From an uncultured Candidatus Saccharibacteria bacterium (GTDB lineage: Bacteria > Patescibacteriota > Minisyncoccia > Minisyncoccales > CAYZYK01): a stretch of DNA of 64,000 bases. Location of the stretch: the NCBI GenBank assembly GCA_964482615.1, contig CAYZYK010000001.1:2144-66143 (forward strand). The letters are read 5' to 3'. A model generated the notes under the pieces. That model was not told where the DNA came from. It searched no databases and worked only from the letters and a program-made list of their open reading frames with translations. Below, in pieces: positions 18,236-26,574 of this stretch (position 1 is its first letter; each line of letters opens with the position of its first letter). The position numbers and the translations under genes were made by a program.

Positions 18236-18556
18236 ATGAAAAGAATAATATCTACCTTAATTCTCAGCAGTCTATTGGCTTTACCTGTCGTGGCTGCAGC
18301 TCAAATTGGAGAACCCTCCCCACCCACTGACATTATTGCTATTCTTCAGACAATAAAATCAATAATCTGGGCTGCCTTCACTGTTTTTGCTATCATTATG
18401 TTTATTTATGCTGGAATACTTTTCTTTACCGCAGGCGGTAATCCAGATAGCGTTGCTAAAGCAAAAAGCGCTGTTATCTTTGGAGCAGCAGGAATAGCAA
18501 TAGCTGTGTTGGGATATGGAATAGTTCAGATCGTTATTGGCATTATGGGTGCTTAA
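18236..18556 (+). CDS. VirB2/TrbC-like small pilin 3 (near-identical paralog of pilin 2)
   Basis: Same length as pilin 2; loop GGNPDSVAKAKS. Confidence 0.82.
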   Translation: MKRIISTLILSSLLALPVVAAAQIGEPSPPTDIIAILQTIKSIIWAAFTVFAIIMFIYAGILFFTAGGNPDSVAKAKSAVIFGAAGIAIAVLGYGIVQIVIGIMGA

Positions 18557-18714
18557 AAGAGAAGTAACACAGAGAATTCAATTGAAGTTGAATTTGACAA
18601 ATTTCAATTCAAAGATTAAATTTAGAGAATAGAAAATAATTTTAAATTTTTGGTATTCAAAAGGTCGCTAAACCCTGTTAAGGTAAAATTTAAGCTATAA
18701 AAATAAAAGAGAAC

Positions 18715-19041
18715 ATGAAAAGATTACTGTTATTTTCGGTTATTGTTTCTCTTGTGGGATTACCTTTGGTGACGGCTGCTCAAAACCCCCCTGGTTCAGG
18801 TTGGGCGTCAAGCTTTAGTGATATGTTTAATAATGTGATAGCTGAAGTATGGTTGATTTTCGTTGCTCTTGCTATTGTCCTGTTCATTTATGCGGGTGTT
18901 TTGTTTCTGACAGCATCCGGGAATCCAGAAAGAATCACCAAGGCGAAAAGCGCTTTTTTGTGGGGTATAGCTGGTGTTGCAGTGGCTATAATTGCTTTCA
19001 CAATAATTCAACTTGTGGGAAATTTGTTGGGAGCTTATTAA
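18715..19041 (+). CDS. VirB2/TrbC-like small pilin 4
   Basis: YAGVLFLTASGNPERITKAKSAFLWG. Confidence 0.82.
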   Translation: MKRLLLFSVIVSLVGLPLVTAAQNPPGSGWASSFSDMFNNVIAEVWLIFVALAIVLFIYAGVLFLTASGNPERITKAKSAFLWGIAGVAVAIIAFTIIQLVGNLLGAY

Positions 19042-19216
19042 CCAGAGATAAGAGATATAGAATCCCTGTTTAAAAAATTTGTTTTAATAAAGAATGAATA
19101 AGCTCTAATCCATTATAATTTTTGGATTGAGCTTATTTTATTAGACAAGATTTTTCTTTTAAGATAAAATAGAGGAAGCAAAAGGCAGAAATCAAAGATC
19201 TAAATAATATTTTAAG

Positions 19217-19531
19217 ATGAAAAAAATATTGATTACTTTAATATTATTAAGCATCTCAATATTTCCCTTGGGAGCTGAAGCCCAGATTATTATAGGTAAT
19301 ATTACTTGGCCTCAGCTTGTGCTTGGTCTTACAACAGCTATGTGGTCTGTTTTTGTTGGAGTTACAATAATAGCCTTTTTATACGCTGGTATATTATTTC
19401 TTACTGCCTCGGGAGATCCTCAGAAAATCGATAAAGCAAAAAAGGCGGTTATCTGGGGAATTGCTGGAGTAGCAGTAGCTTTTCTTGCTTATACTATAAT
19501 TAATATAGTAGGATATATGTTGGGGGCTTAA
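19217..19531 (+). CDS. VirB2/TrbC-like small pilin 5
   Basis: YAGILFLTASGDPQKIDKAKKAVIWG. Confidence 0.82.
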   Translation: MKKILITLILLSISIFPLGAEAQIIIGNITWPQLVLGLTTAMWSVFVGVTIIAFLYAGILFLTASGDPQKIDKAKKAVIWGIAGVAVAFLAYTIINIVGYMLGA

Positions 19532-19572
19532 ACCCCTTAAAGTCAAAGAAACTTTAATCTAAAAGATAAAAG

Positions 19573-19884
19573 ATGAAAAAAAACTTATTTCCCATATTTT
19601 GTTTGGTATTTTTAATAATCCCCGCAATCATGTCTGCTGCTGTAGTCAGCAGTGGAAGCTCAAGTTTAGACAAAATAATTATAGGTGTTGTAAATGCGGT
19701 AGCCGCTGTAGCTACTGCAGCAGCGGTTATTAGTCTTCTTTATGCTGCAATACTTTTTCTTACTGCTTCTGGTGAACCAGACAAAATTACAAAAGCAAAA
19801 AAAGCTTTTCTTTGGGGTATAGCTGGTGTAATAATAGCAATTATAGCAAGCTCTATATTTACTATAGTTGGCTATTTTTTATAA
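19573..19884 (+). CDS. VirB2/TrbC-like small pilin 6
   Basis: YAAILFLTASGEPDKITKAKKAFLWG. Confidence 0.82.
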   Translation: MKKNLFPIFCLVFLIIPAIMSAAVVSSGSSSLDKIIIGVVNAVAAVATAAAVISLLYAAILFLTASGEPDKITKAKKAFLWGIAGVIIAIIASSIFTIVGYFL

Positions 19885-19902
19885 AAATAAAAAAACCAAG
19901 AG

Positions 19903-20292
19903 ATGAAAATTAAAAAAACTTTCTTTTTTCTAATCTGTGTTTTTCTTTTCTCTTTGCCTTTTGTAACTAATGGGTTAGATATTCAAGAGACAGCGCCAGG
20001 ACCCAAGCATTGGGCTTTTGTAGAGAGCGGATTGGCTAACATATTGAGTTGGGTTGCCACTATTGTGGTTTTGGGATTTCTTGTTTACGCTGCTATTTTG
20101 TTTGCTATAGCAGCAGGGGAACCAGACAAGATTTCCAAAGCAAAGAAAATGTTTCTTTATGCGATAATAGGAATAGTGGTGATCCTAATAGCGTTTATAA
20201 TTAGAATAATAACAAGCGAAACATTTAAAAACTTTACTTGGGAATTCAATGCTTGGGAGCCTATAAAAGATTTTTTAAAAGGTATTTTTTAG
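19903..20292 (+). CDS. VirB2/TrbC-like small pilin 7 (C-terminal extension)
   Basis: YAAILFAIAAGEPDKISKAKKMFLY. Confidence 0.8.
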   Translation: MKIKKTFFFLICVFLFSLPFVTNGLDIQETAPGPKHWAFVESGLANILSWVATIVVLGFLVYAAILFAIAAGEPDKISKAKKMFLYAIIGIVVILIAFIIRIITSETFKNFTWEFNAWEPIKDFLKGIF

Positions 20293-20325
20293 TCTTAATA
20301 AATCTTTAATTTTTTATCTCTAATA

Positions 20326-20667
20326 ATGAAAATTGAAAAATATTTTTCTGTATCTATCCTCCTAATGATTTTTTTACCTTTATTACCCGCTGCAGTCATG
20401 GCAGCTTGGGGAATACAGGATGCACCTACTGCAATAGATAGCTGGAATAAAATAGGTAACGCTATTCTCCTTCCAATTTACGCTATTGCTGTGGCAACAA
20501 TAGTAATCATGTTTTTTTACTCAGCTATTTTGTTTGCTACGGCAGCAGGGGAACCAGACAAGATTTCCAAAGCAAAGAAATCGTTTCTCTGGGGATTAGT
20601 TGCCGTGATTGTTTTGATTATTGTTCCCGTTATAATCACAATAATGAGAGAGATAACAGGCATTTAA
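20326..20667 (+). CDS. VirB2/TrbC-like small pilin 8
   Basis: YSAILFATAAGEPDKISKAKKSFLWG. Confidence 0.8.
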   Translation: MKIEKYFSVSILLMIFLPLLPAAVMAAWGIQDAPTAIDSWNKIGNAILLPIYAIAVATIVIMFFYSAILFATAAGEPDKISKAKKSFLWGLVAVIVLIIVPVIITIMREITGI

Positions 20668-20723
20668 CCTTTAATCAAAAAATGTTAGATTTTTTAAAAA
20701 GATTAACTAAAAGCTATTTAAAT

Positions 20724-21023
20724 ATGAAAAAGACTTTACTCTTTTCAATTATTCTTGTTGTTCTGGTCTTTCCTCTTGTAACTGATGCTGTTGATGTTAC
20801 TCCGATTAAAGAAAAAATAGAAAGCGTTTCGGATGTAGCTTGGACTATTGCTGGTACACTTGCTGTTGTCATGCTTATTTATGCTGGAATTTTATTTGTT
20901 ACAGCAACAGGAGAACCAGAAAAACTAGGGAAAGCAAAAAAAGCTTTCATTTGGGGTATTACGGGATTGATTCTAGCTATTTTAGCTAATACGATAGTAA
21001 GTATGATAGTAGATAATTTATAA
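20724..21023 (+). CDS. VirB2/TrbC-like small pilin 9
   Basis: Start moved to MKKTLL; YAGILFVTATGEPEKLGKAKKAFIWG. Confidence 0.8.
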   Translation: MKKTLLFSIILVVLVFPLVTDAVDVTPIKEKIESVSDVAWTIAGTLAVVMLIYAGILFVTATGEPEKLGKAKKAFIWGITGLILAILANTIVSMIVDNL

Positions 21024-21034
21024 GCAAAAATTCT

Positions 21035-21115
21035 GTCCCTGTGGCGGAATGGCAGACGCGCGTGGTTTAGGACCACGTCCCGCGAGGGGTGCAGGTTCGA
21101 ATCCTGCCGGGGACA
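21035..21115 (+). tRNA. tRNA-Leu(TAG)
   Basis: GTCCCTG/CGGGGAC, CGTGG-TTTAGGA-CCACG, variable arm, TTCGAAT. Confidence 0.95.
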
Positions 21116-21116
21116 C

Positions 21117-21145
21117 AAAAAACCCAGTTAACTAACTGGGTTTTT
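21117..21145. terminator. Bidirectional intrinsic terminator
   Basis: AAAAAACCCAGTTA-AC-TAACTGGGTTTTT between convergent genes. Confidence 0.75.
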
Positions 21146-21165
21146 AGAATTGAGAATTCTCATTT

Positions 21166-21582
21166 CTATTTCACATCTATCTTCTGTTTTTCTTCTTTTT
21201 GAAGTTTGGGTAATTCTACTTTGAGGATTCCATTTTCCATTGAAGCATCTATCTTTGAAGTATTTACGTTTTGGGGTACTATTATTTTTCTTGAAAAAGG
21301 ACCCCAATAGCATTCTTTGTAAAAATATTTTTTATCATCTTGTTGAACGGGATTTTCTCTACTTCCTTTTATAATCAACATATCTTTTTCAACAGAAACA
21401 TTAATATCCTTTGTTGATATTCCCCCAACAGCAGCTAAAACAACAAAGCTTGAGTCAGTCTCATAAACATCGACAGCTAATTTTCCTTCTGGCTGAAGCC
21501 AGGACTTTTCTTTCCCTCCCTCTTTCTTACCGGAGGAAAGTTTCTTTTTTGGTTTTGATTTTGTTTTCTTCGAAAAAAACAT
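21166..21582 (-). CDS. Hsp20/alpha-crystallin small heat-shock protein
   Basis: VDVYET..ECYWGPFSR..ASMENGILKVELPK. Confidence 0.92.
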   Translation of the reverse strand: MFFSKKTKSKPKKKLSSGKKEGGKEKSWLQPEGKLAVDVYETDSSFVVLAAVGGISTKDINVSVEKDMLIIKGSRENPVQQDDKKYFYKECYWGPFSRKIIVPQNVNTSKIDASMENGILKVELPKLQKEEKQKIDVK

Positions 21583-21585
21583 AAT

Positions 21586-22308
21586 TTATTTTATTTTACA
21601 AACACTTTTTATTTTTTTAAGTTTCTTTAATGCCCGAGAAACAAAGAAAGCTAAAAACACAATAATGGCTACGGGGATAATAACCTTTAATGCTCCCTTA
21701 CTCTCTATTATAGAAAAATTATAAGCTCCATGCAAAAAAACAGCTAATAAAATTCCAGAGAAAAGAAACCTTTTTCTTTTTTTAATATTCAAAAAAGAAA
21801 GAGCCAAAAAGTAACCTAGGAGAGCAGAAGATAAAGCATGTAAAAAAGTAGCTGAGATGAATCGGAATACAGCCAATCCCACAGTTTGTAATAAATAAGG
21901 ATAATTAGTTAAGAAAAGAAAAATATTCTCTAAAGCGGCAAAACCAAGCCCAGCGATTATCATATAAAGCATAACATCTATTGGTTCATCAAGTTCAGAA
22001 TTTCTGAGAACTTTCCATTTAACTACTAGATATTTTAATATTTCTTCTGTGAAAGCAACCACCACAAACCAATCAAAAACCACAATTAAAGGAATTAATA
22101 AATCTAATTTGAATATGTTTTTGAATTCTACCAATGAAAATTCAACTAATATTTCTATTATTGCCGCAGGAATAGCTATTACCATCCCATAAAAAAATAT
22201 TTTAAGAATCATCCCGTTTGATTCTGGATGAACATCTGCCCTTAAATAAAATAAGAGCCAGATTATGCTGGGTAAAATCCCCAAAAGAATGTAAAAAAGA
22301 TAATCCAT
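21586..22308 (-). CDS. PrsW-family intramembrane protease
   Basis: Multi-TM; EEILK, GLGFAALENI, LHA, HGAYN. Confidence 0.9.
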   Translation of the reverse strand: MDYLFYILLGILPSIIWLLFYLRADVHPESNGMILKIFFYGMVIAIPAAIIEILVEFSLVEFKNIFKLDLLIPLIVVFDWFVVVAFTEEILKYLVVKWKVLRNSELDEPIDVMLYMIIAGLGFAALENIFLFLTNYPYLLQTVGLAVFRFISATFLHALSSALLGYFLALSFLNIKKRKRFLFSGILLAVFLHGAYNFSIIESKGALKVIIPVAIIVFLAFFVSRALKKLKKIKSVCKIK

Positions 22309-22316
22309 AAATAATA

Positions 22317-24491
22317 TTATTTCTTACTCTTTTTTGGTTCCGGCCACCTCTCAATTAATAATAATTCTTTTTCTTTTATTGGTAATTTCCCGTAAATCTC
22401 TTCTGTAATAAAGGGACAGAAAGGATGTAGAAGTTTCAAGGAATTAATCAGAGTATATAATAAGATCTTTTCTGTATTTTCTTTTTGTTCATCCTTTTTT
22501 AATTGTTCCTTGCTTTCTTCAATATAGTTATCACAGAAATCATGCCAGAAAAAATCGTAAAGTTTATGAGCTGCTTGTCCAAATTCAAATTCATCCAAGT
22601 CCTTGTTTATCTCTTTTATGTTTTTGTTTAATTTATTTATTATTTTCTTATCTGAATCAGTCAAGGTTTTGAAATCTAAGATTTCTTTTAAATTCTTGAA
22701 ATTAGATCCTTTAATGTTTTCCAGAAGGAAGCGAGTAGCGTTCCATATTTTGTTGCAGAATTTTTCTCCCATAGCAATATTATCTTCAACAAAACGAATA
22801 TCTTGTCCGCCCATAATTTGATAAGCTATTCCAAATCTTGTAGAGTCAGCACCATATTTTTCAATTAATTCCATTGGATCAATTCCAGTCCCCAGAGATT
22901 TTGACATTCTTCTACCATCTCTGGTTAAAATTGTTGCATGGATAATGACATCAGAAAAAGGGATTTTTTTCATAAATTCCATTCCCGAAAAGATCATTCT
23001 TAATACCCACAAATTTATTATATCTCTTGCTGTAATTAAAATGTCAGTGGGGTAAAAAGATTTTAAGTCCTTTGTTTTTTTTGGCCAACCTAAAGTAGCA
23101 AAAGGCCATAGAGCTGAACTGAACCAGGTATCCAGAACATCTTTGCTTTGAGTTGGGCTGCATCTTTTACAAATTTTACACTCTTTTGGCTTTTCAACAG
23201 AAGCGAAGAATTTTTCTTTTTTTGAATTTTCACATTTAAAAATAGGCAACCTGTGACCCCACCAGATTTGCCTTGAAATACACCAATCCCTTATATTATC
23301 CAACCAATCAAAATACGGTTTTTTAAAGTTGGAAGGATTAAATTTTATTTTGCCTTTTTTAACCGGTTTTTTTGCTTTTTTAGCTAACTTGTCCATTTTT
23401 AAAAACCACTGCCAAGAAGGAATAAACTCAATTGTTGTTCCACACCTGTAACATTTTGGGATTTTGGTTTCATAATCTTCTGTTTTTTCTAAAAGATTTT
23501 TTTCTTCTAAATCTCTTACAATTTCTTTTCTGGCTTCTTTAACATTAAGTCCTTGATATTTTTGAGGAGCATTTTTTGTTATCTTTCCTTCTTTATTTAT
23601 AACTTGGATTTTTTCTAGATTATGTTTTTCCCCTATCTTGTAATCTGTAAAATCATGAGCTGGTGTAACTTTAACAGCTCCTGTTCCAAATTCTGGGTCA
23701 ACCAAAATATCTTTAACTATAGGTATTTCTTTTTTAACTAAAGGTAAAATAGCTTTTTTGCCTACTAACTTCTTGTATCTTTTATCTTTAGGATTAACAG
23801 CAACTGCTGTATCTCCAAGCATTGTTTCTGGTCGGGTGGTTGCAACTTTAATATATTTTTCTTCAGCTCCTTTCAGAGGATAAAGGATATACCAGAGTTT
23901 CCCTTTTTTTTCTTCATATTCTAGTTCAAGATTAGATAAACTAGTAGAGCATCTTGAGCACCAGTTAACCACCCTCTTTCCTCGGTAAATCCAACCCTTT
24001 TTATGATAATGAACAAAAGCTTCTCTAACCGCCCTACTGTAATCTTTATCCATGGTAAATCTAGTCCTTGACCAGTCACAAGAACAGCCTAGTTTTTTTA
24101 ACTGGTTTAAGATAATATGGCCGTATTTTTCTTTCCATTCCCAAACTTTCTCAATGAACTTTTCACGACCAAGATCAAATCTTGTTTTGCTATCTTTTTT
24201 TAATTTTTTCTCAACCACATTTTGAGTAGCAATTCCCGCATGATCTGTTCCTGGCAACCAAAGGGTTCTGTAACCTTGCATTCTTTTCCTTCTAATTAAA
24301 ATGTCATGGATAACAGAATTTAAAGCATGGCCCATATGTAGATTGCCCGTTACATTGGGTGGGGGAATAGTAATACAATAATTTCCTTTCTCTCCAGAAT
24401 TGTTGTCTGGATTGAAAAACCCTGATTCTTCCCAAATCTTATAGATTCTATCTTCAACTTTTTTTGGATTGTAGATTTTTGGAAGTTCCAT
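22317..24491 (-). CDS. valS: Valine--tRNA ligase (compact)
   Basis: PPPNVTGNLHMGH, DHAGIATQ, DWCISRQIWWGH, DTWFSS, RMSKS. Confidence 0.97.
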   Translation of the reverse strand: MELPKIYNPKKVEDRIYKIWEESGFFNPDNNSGEKGNYCITIPPPNVTGNLHMGHALNSVIHDILIRRKRMQGYRTLWLPGTDHAGIATQNVVEKKLKKDSKTRFDLGREKFIEKVWEWKEKYGHIILNQLKKLGCSCDWSRTRFTMDKDYSRAVREAFVHYHKKGWIYRGKRVVNWCSRCSTSLSNLELEYEEKKGKLWYILYPLKGAEEKYIKVATTRPETMLGDTAVAVNPKDKRYKKLVGKKAILPLVKKEIPIVKDILVDPEFGTGAVKVTPAHDFTDYKIGEKHNLEKIQVINKEGKITKNAPQKYQGLNVKEARKEIVRDLEEKNLLEKTEDYETKIPKCYRCGTTIEFIPSWQWFLKMDKLAKKAKKPVKKGKIKFNPSNFKKPYFDWLDNIRDWCISRQIWWGHRLPIFKCENSKKEKFFASVEKPKECKICKRCSPTQSKDVLDTWFSSALWPFATLGWPKKTKDLKSFYPTDILITARDIINLWVLRMIFSGMEFMKKIPFSDVIIHATILTRDGRRMSKSLGTGIDPMELIEKYGADSTRFGIAYQIMGGQDIRFVEDNIAMGEKFCNKIWNATRFLLENIKGSNFKNLKEILDFKTLTDSDKKIINKLNKNIKEINKDLDEFEFGQAAHKLYDFFWHDFCDNYIEESKEQLKKDEQKENTEKILLYTLINSLKLLHPFCPFITEEIYGKLPIKEKELLLIERWPEPKKSKK

Positions 24492-24531
24492 ATTTAAGAA
24501 TATTTTAACACAGACAGTACAATTATTAAAT

Positions 24532-25686
24532 TTATTTTAATCTAAGATTTGGTTCGGCTTTTATTTCCTGCCAGGATTTTTTGTTTTCTCTGCGGAAAAA
24601 TCCCGTAACTGCTATTATTAAAGCGTTATCACCAGAATATTTAATATTCGGAACTAAAAACTCTGTTTTGGGTATTTCTTTTTTTATTTTCTCTTTGAGC
24701 TGTTTTCTTAATTCTTTGTTTGCTGTTACCCCACCACCCAAAAGAATGCTTTTTGCTTTTTTATCTTTTGCTGTCTTTATTGTTTTTTTAATTAAAACAT
24801 CAATTATTGCTTGTTGTATTTCTTTTGCCATTTCTTTGATATATTGTTCCGATTCTTTTTCCTCTTTTTTTCTTTCTTTAAAATCATACAATACAGCAGT
24901 TTTTAAACCAGAAAAACTGAAATCATAATTTTTACTGTTAATCATTGGTCTTGGCAGTTCAATTTTAAATTTAAATTTTCCTTCCTTCTTTTTTGCTTTT
25001 TTTTCAATAATAGGGCCCCCGGGATAGGGAAGACCGAGTATCCTTGCTGTTTTATCGAAACATTCACCAGCTGCATCGTCTCTTGTTTCTCCAATTATTT
25101 CGTAATTACCTATTTTTTTGCTTAAAATTAATTGAGTGTGTCCTCCACTAATAATCAAAGATATGGCAGGGAAAAGTTCATTTCTGGGTTTTCTTTTCAC
25201 AAAATTAGATAGAATGTGAGCTTCAATATGGTTTACTGGAACAACAGGTAAATTCCAACTTAAAGCTAAAGCTTTAGTGAGATTAATTCCTGTCCATAAA
25301 CAAGGATCAAGCCCTGGGCCTGTTGTTGCAGCAATTAAATCTATTTTTGGTTTTTTGGTTTTTTTAAGGAATATTTTTAAGTTATTTAGAAGATTTTTTT
25401 CTCTTTTTAAGATATTTTTTATCTTTTCTTTTTTGAGTTTTATTTTTTTCTTTGGTTTGGAAAAAAGATCAGCTTCTTTTAAGGATTTTTCAAGAACGGG
25501 GATTAAGTTTTTTTGATGTTCTCTTTTTGCTAAGGTAGGATAAACTCCACCATATTTTTTGTGGATTTCAACTTGAGAGGAAACAATATTCGATAAGATT
25601 TTAAAATCAGCCTCTTTTTTGTTTAAGACCTCAATTACAGCCACACAAGTGTCATCACAAGATGTTTCAATTCCTAATATTTTCAT
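24532..25686 (-). CDS. tsaD: tRNA N6-threonylcarbamoyltransferase TsaD
   Basis: ILGIETSCDDT, HIEAH, SGGHT, DDAAGECFDK, FSFSGLKT, DNA. Confidence 0.96.
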   Translation of the reverse strand: MKILGIETSCDDTCVAVIEVLNKKEADFKILSNIVSSQVEIHKKYGGVYPTLAKREHQKNLIPVLEKSLKEADLFSKPKKKIKLKKEKIKNILKREKNLLNNLKIFLKKTKKPKIDLIAATTGPGLDPCLWTGINLTKALALSWNLPVVPVNHIEAHILSNFVKRKPRNELFPAISLIISGGHTQLILSKKIGNYEIIGETRDDAAGECFDKTARILGLPYPGGPIIEKKAKKKEGKFKFKIELPRPMINSKNYDFSFSGLKTAVLYDFKERKKEEKESEQYIKEMAKEIQQAIIDVLIKKTIKTAKDKKAKSILLGGGVTANKELRKQLKEKIKKEIPKTEFLVPNIKYSGDNALIIAVTGFFRRENKKSWQEIKAEPNLRLK

Positions 25687-25777
25687 AAATTTAAAAAACA
25701 AAGAAAAAATGAGTAATATTTATGTTATCTGAGATATTGATTTTTTTCAATTTTTGAGATAAGATTAAAATATTGTT

Positions 25778-25849
25778 GGCCCCATCGTCTAACGGACAGG
25801 ACGTTTGATTTTCAATCAAGTAATAGGGGTTCGATTCCCCTTGGGGCCA
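25778..25849 (+). tRNA. tRNA-Glu(TTC)
   Basis: GGCCCCA/TGGGGCC, TTTGA-TTTTCAA-TCAAG, TTCGATT. Confidence 0.94.
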
Positions 25850-25850
25850 C

Positions 25851-26540
25851 ATGACCCCCAGAAATAAAAGCAAATATAAAAAGGCGTTTAATCTACGAAT
25901 TAAAGGAAAGAGTTATAGAGAAATAAAAGGAGCTTTGGGAATTCCCAAAAGCACGCTTAGTAGTTGGTTTAAAGGTCTGGAATTGCCTAAATCTGCCCAA
26001 AAGATTCTTAAAGAAAAAGACAAGAAGGGCAGAAAAAAATTATTAGAATTTAATAAAAAACGCAGCTAGAGAATCTATCTTGAAAATCAGAGAATAAGAA
26101 AAAATGTCGCTAACAGAATCAAAGATTTTTCAGAATATGAACTGTTGTTGGTTGGAAGCGCTCTTTATTGGGCAGAAGGATATAAAAAACAACAAAATAC
26201 AAATTCGTCTTGTGTTTGTTTCGTTAATTCTGATCCGGCAATGATTCTTTTGTTTTTGCGATTTCTTCGAAGGATTATCAAAGTTCCCGAAAAAAGAATA
26301 AGGCTATCAATTCAAACACACCCAAATCTTAATAAGAAATCTATTATTAATTTTTGGGCAGGTATAACTAACATTTCTCAAGAACGGATTAGAACTAAAA
26401 GGTGTAAAAGTCGGGCAAGTAAGGGGAAATGTCCCAGAAACACCCTTCCTTATGGTACAGTAGACGTAAGAGTAAGTAAGCGTCAATATTTTTTTAAGAT
26501 TAGGGGATGGATTGATGGAATTAAAAAATTCAATACCTGA
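25851..26540 (+). pseudogene. HTH plus degenerate LAGLIDADG-like protein (LYWAEG type), split by an in-frame TAG
   Basis: GKSYREI..LGIPKSTLSSW (HTH) and ALYWAEG..FVNSDP..FW..LPYGT in one frame; TAG at 26067-26069. Confidence 0.7.
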
Positions 26541-26574
26541 AATAAATTGGTTGTTTGTTTTCTCTTATCATCCT

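Noticed and set aside
17771-18556. Pilin 2/3 pair as a DGR template/variable repeat
   Set aside because: Mismatches are not adenine-specific, many are synonymous, both copies are intact ORFs, and no reverse transcriptase is present.
17664-19140. Intergenic palindromes in the pilin array as integron attC sites
   Set aside because: No consistent RYYYAAC..GTTRRRY ends, the palindromes differ from one another, and no integron integrase is in the window.
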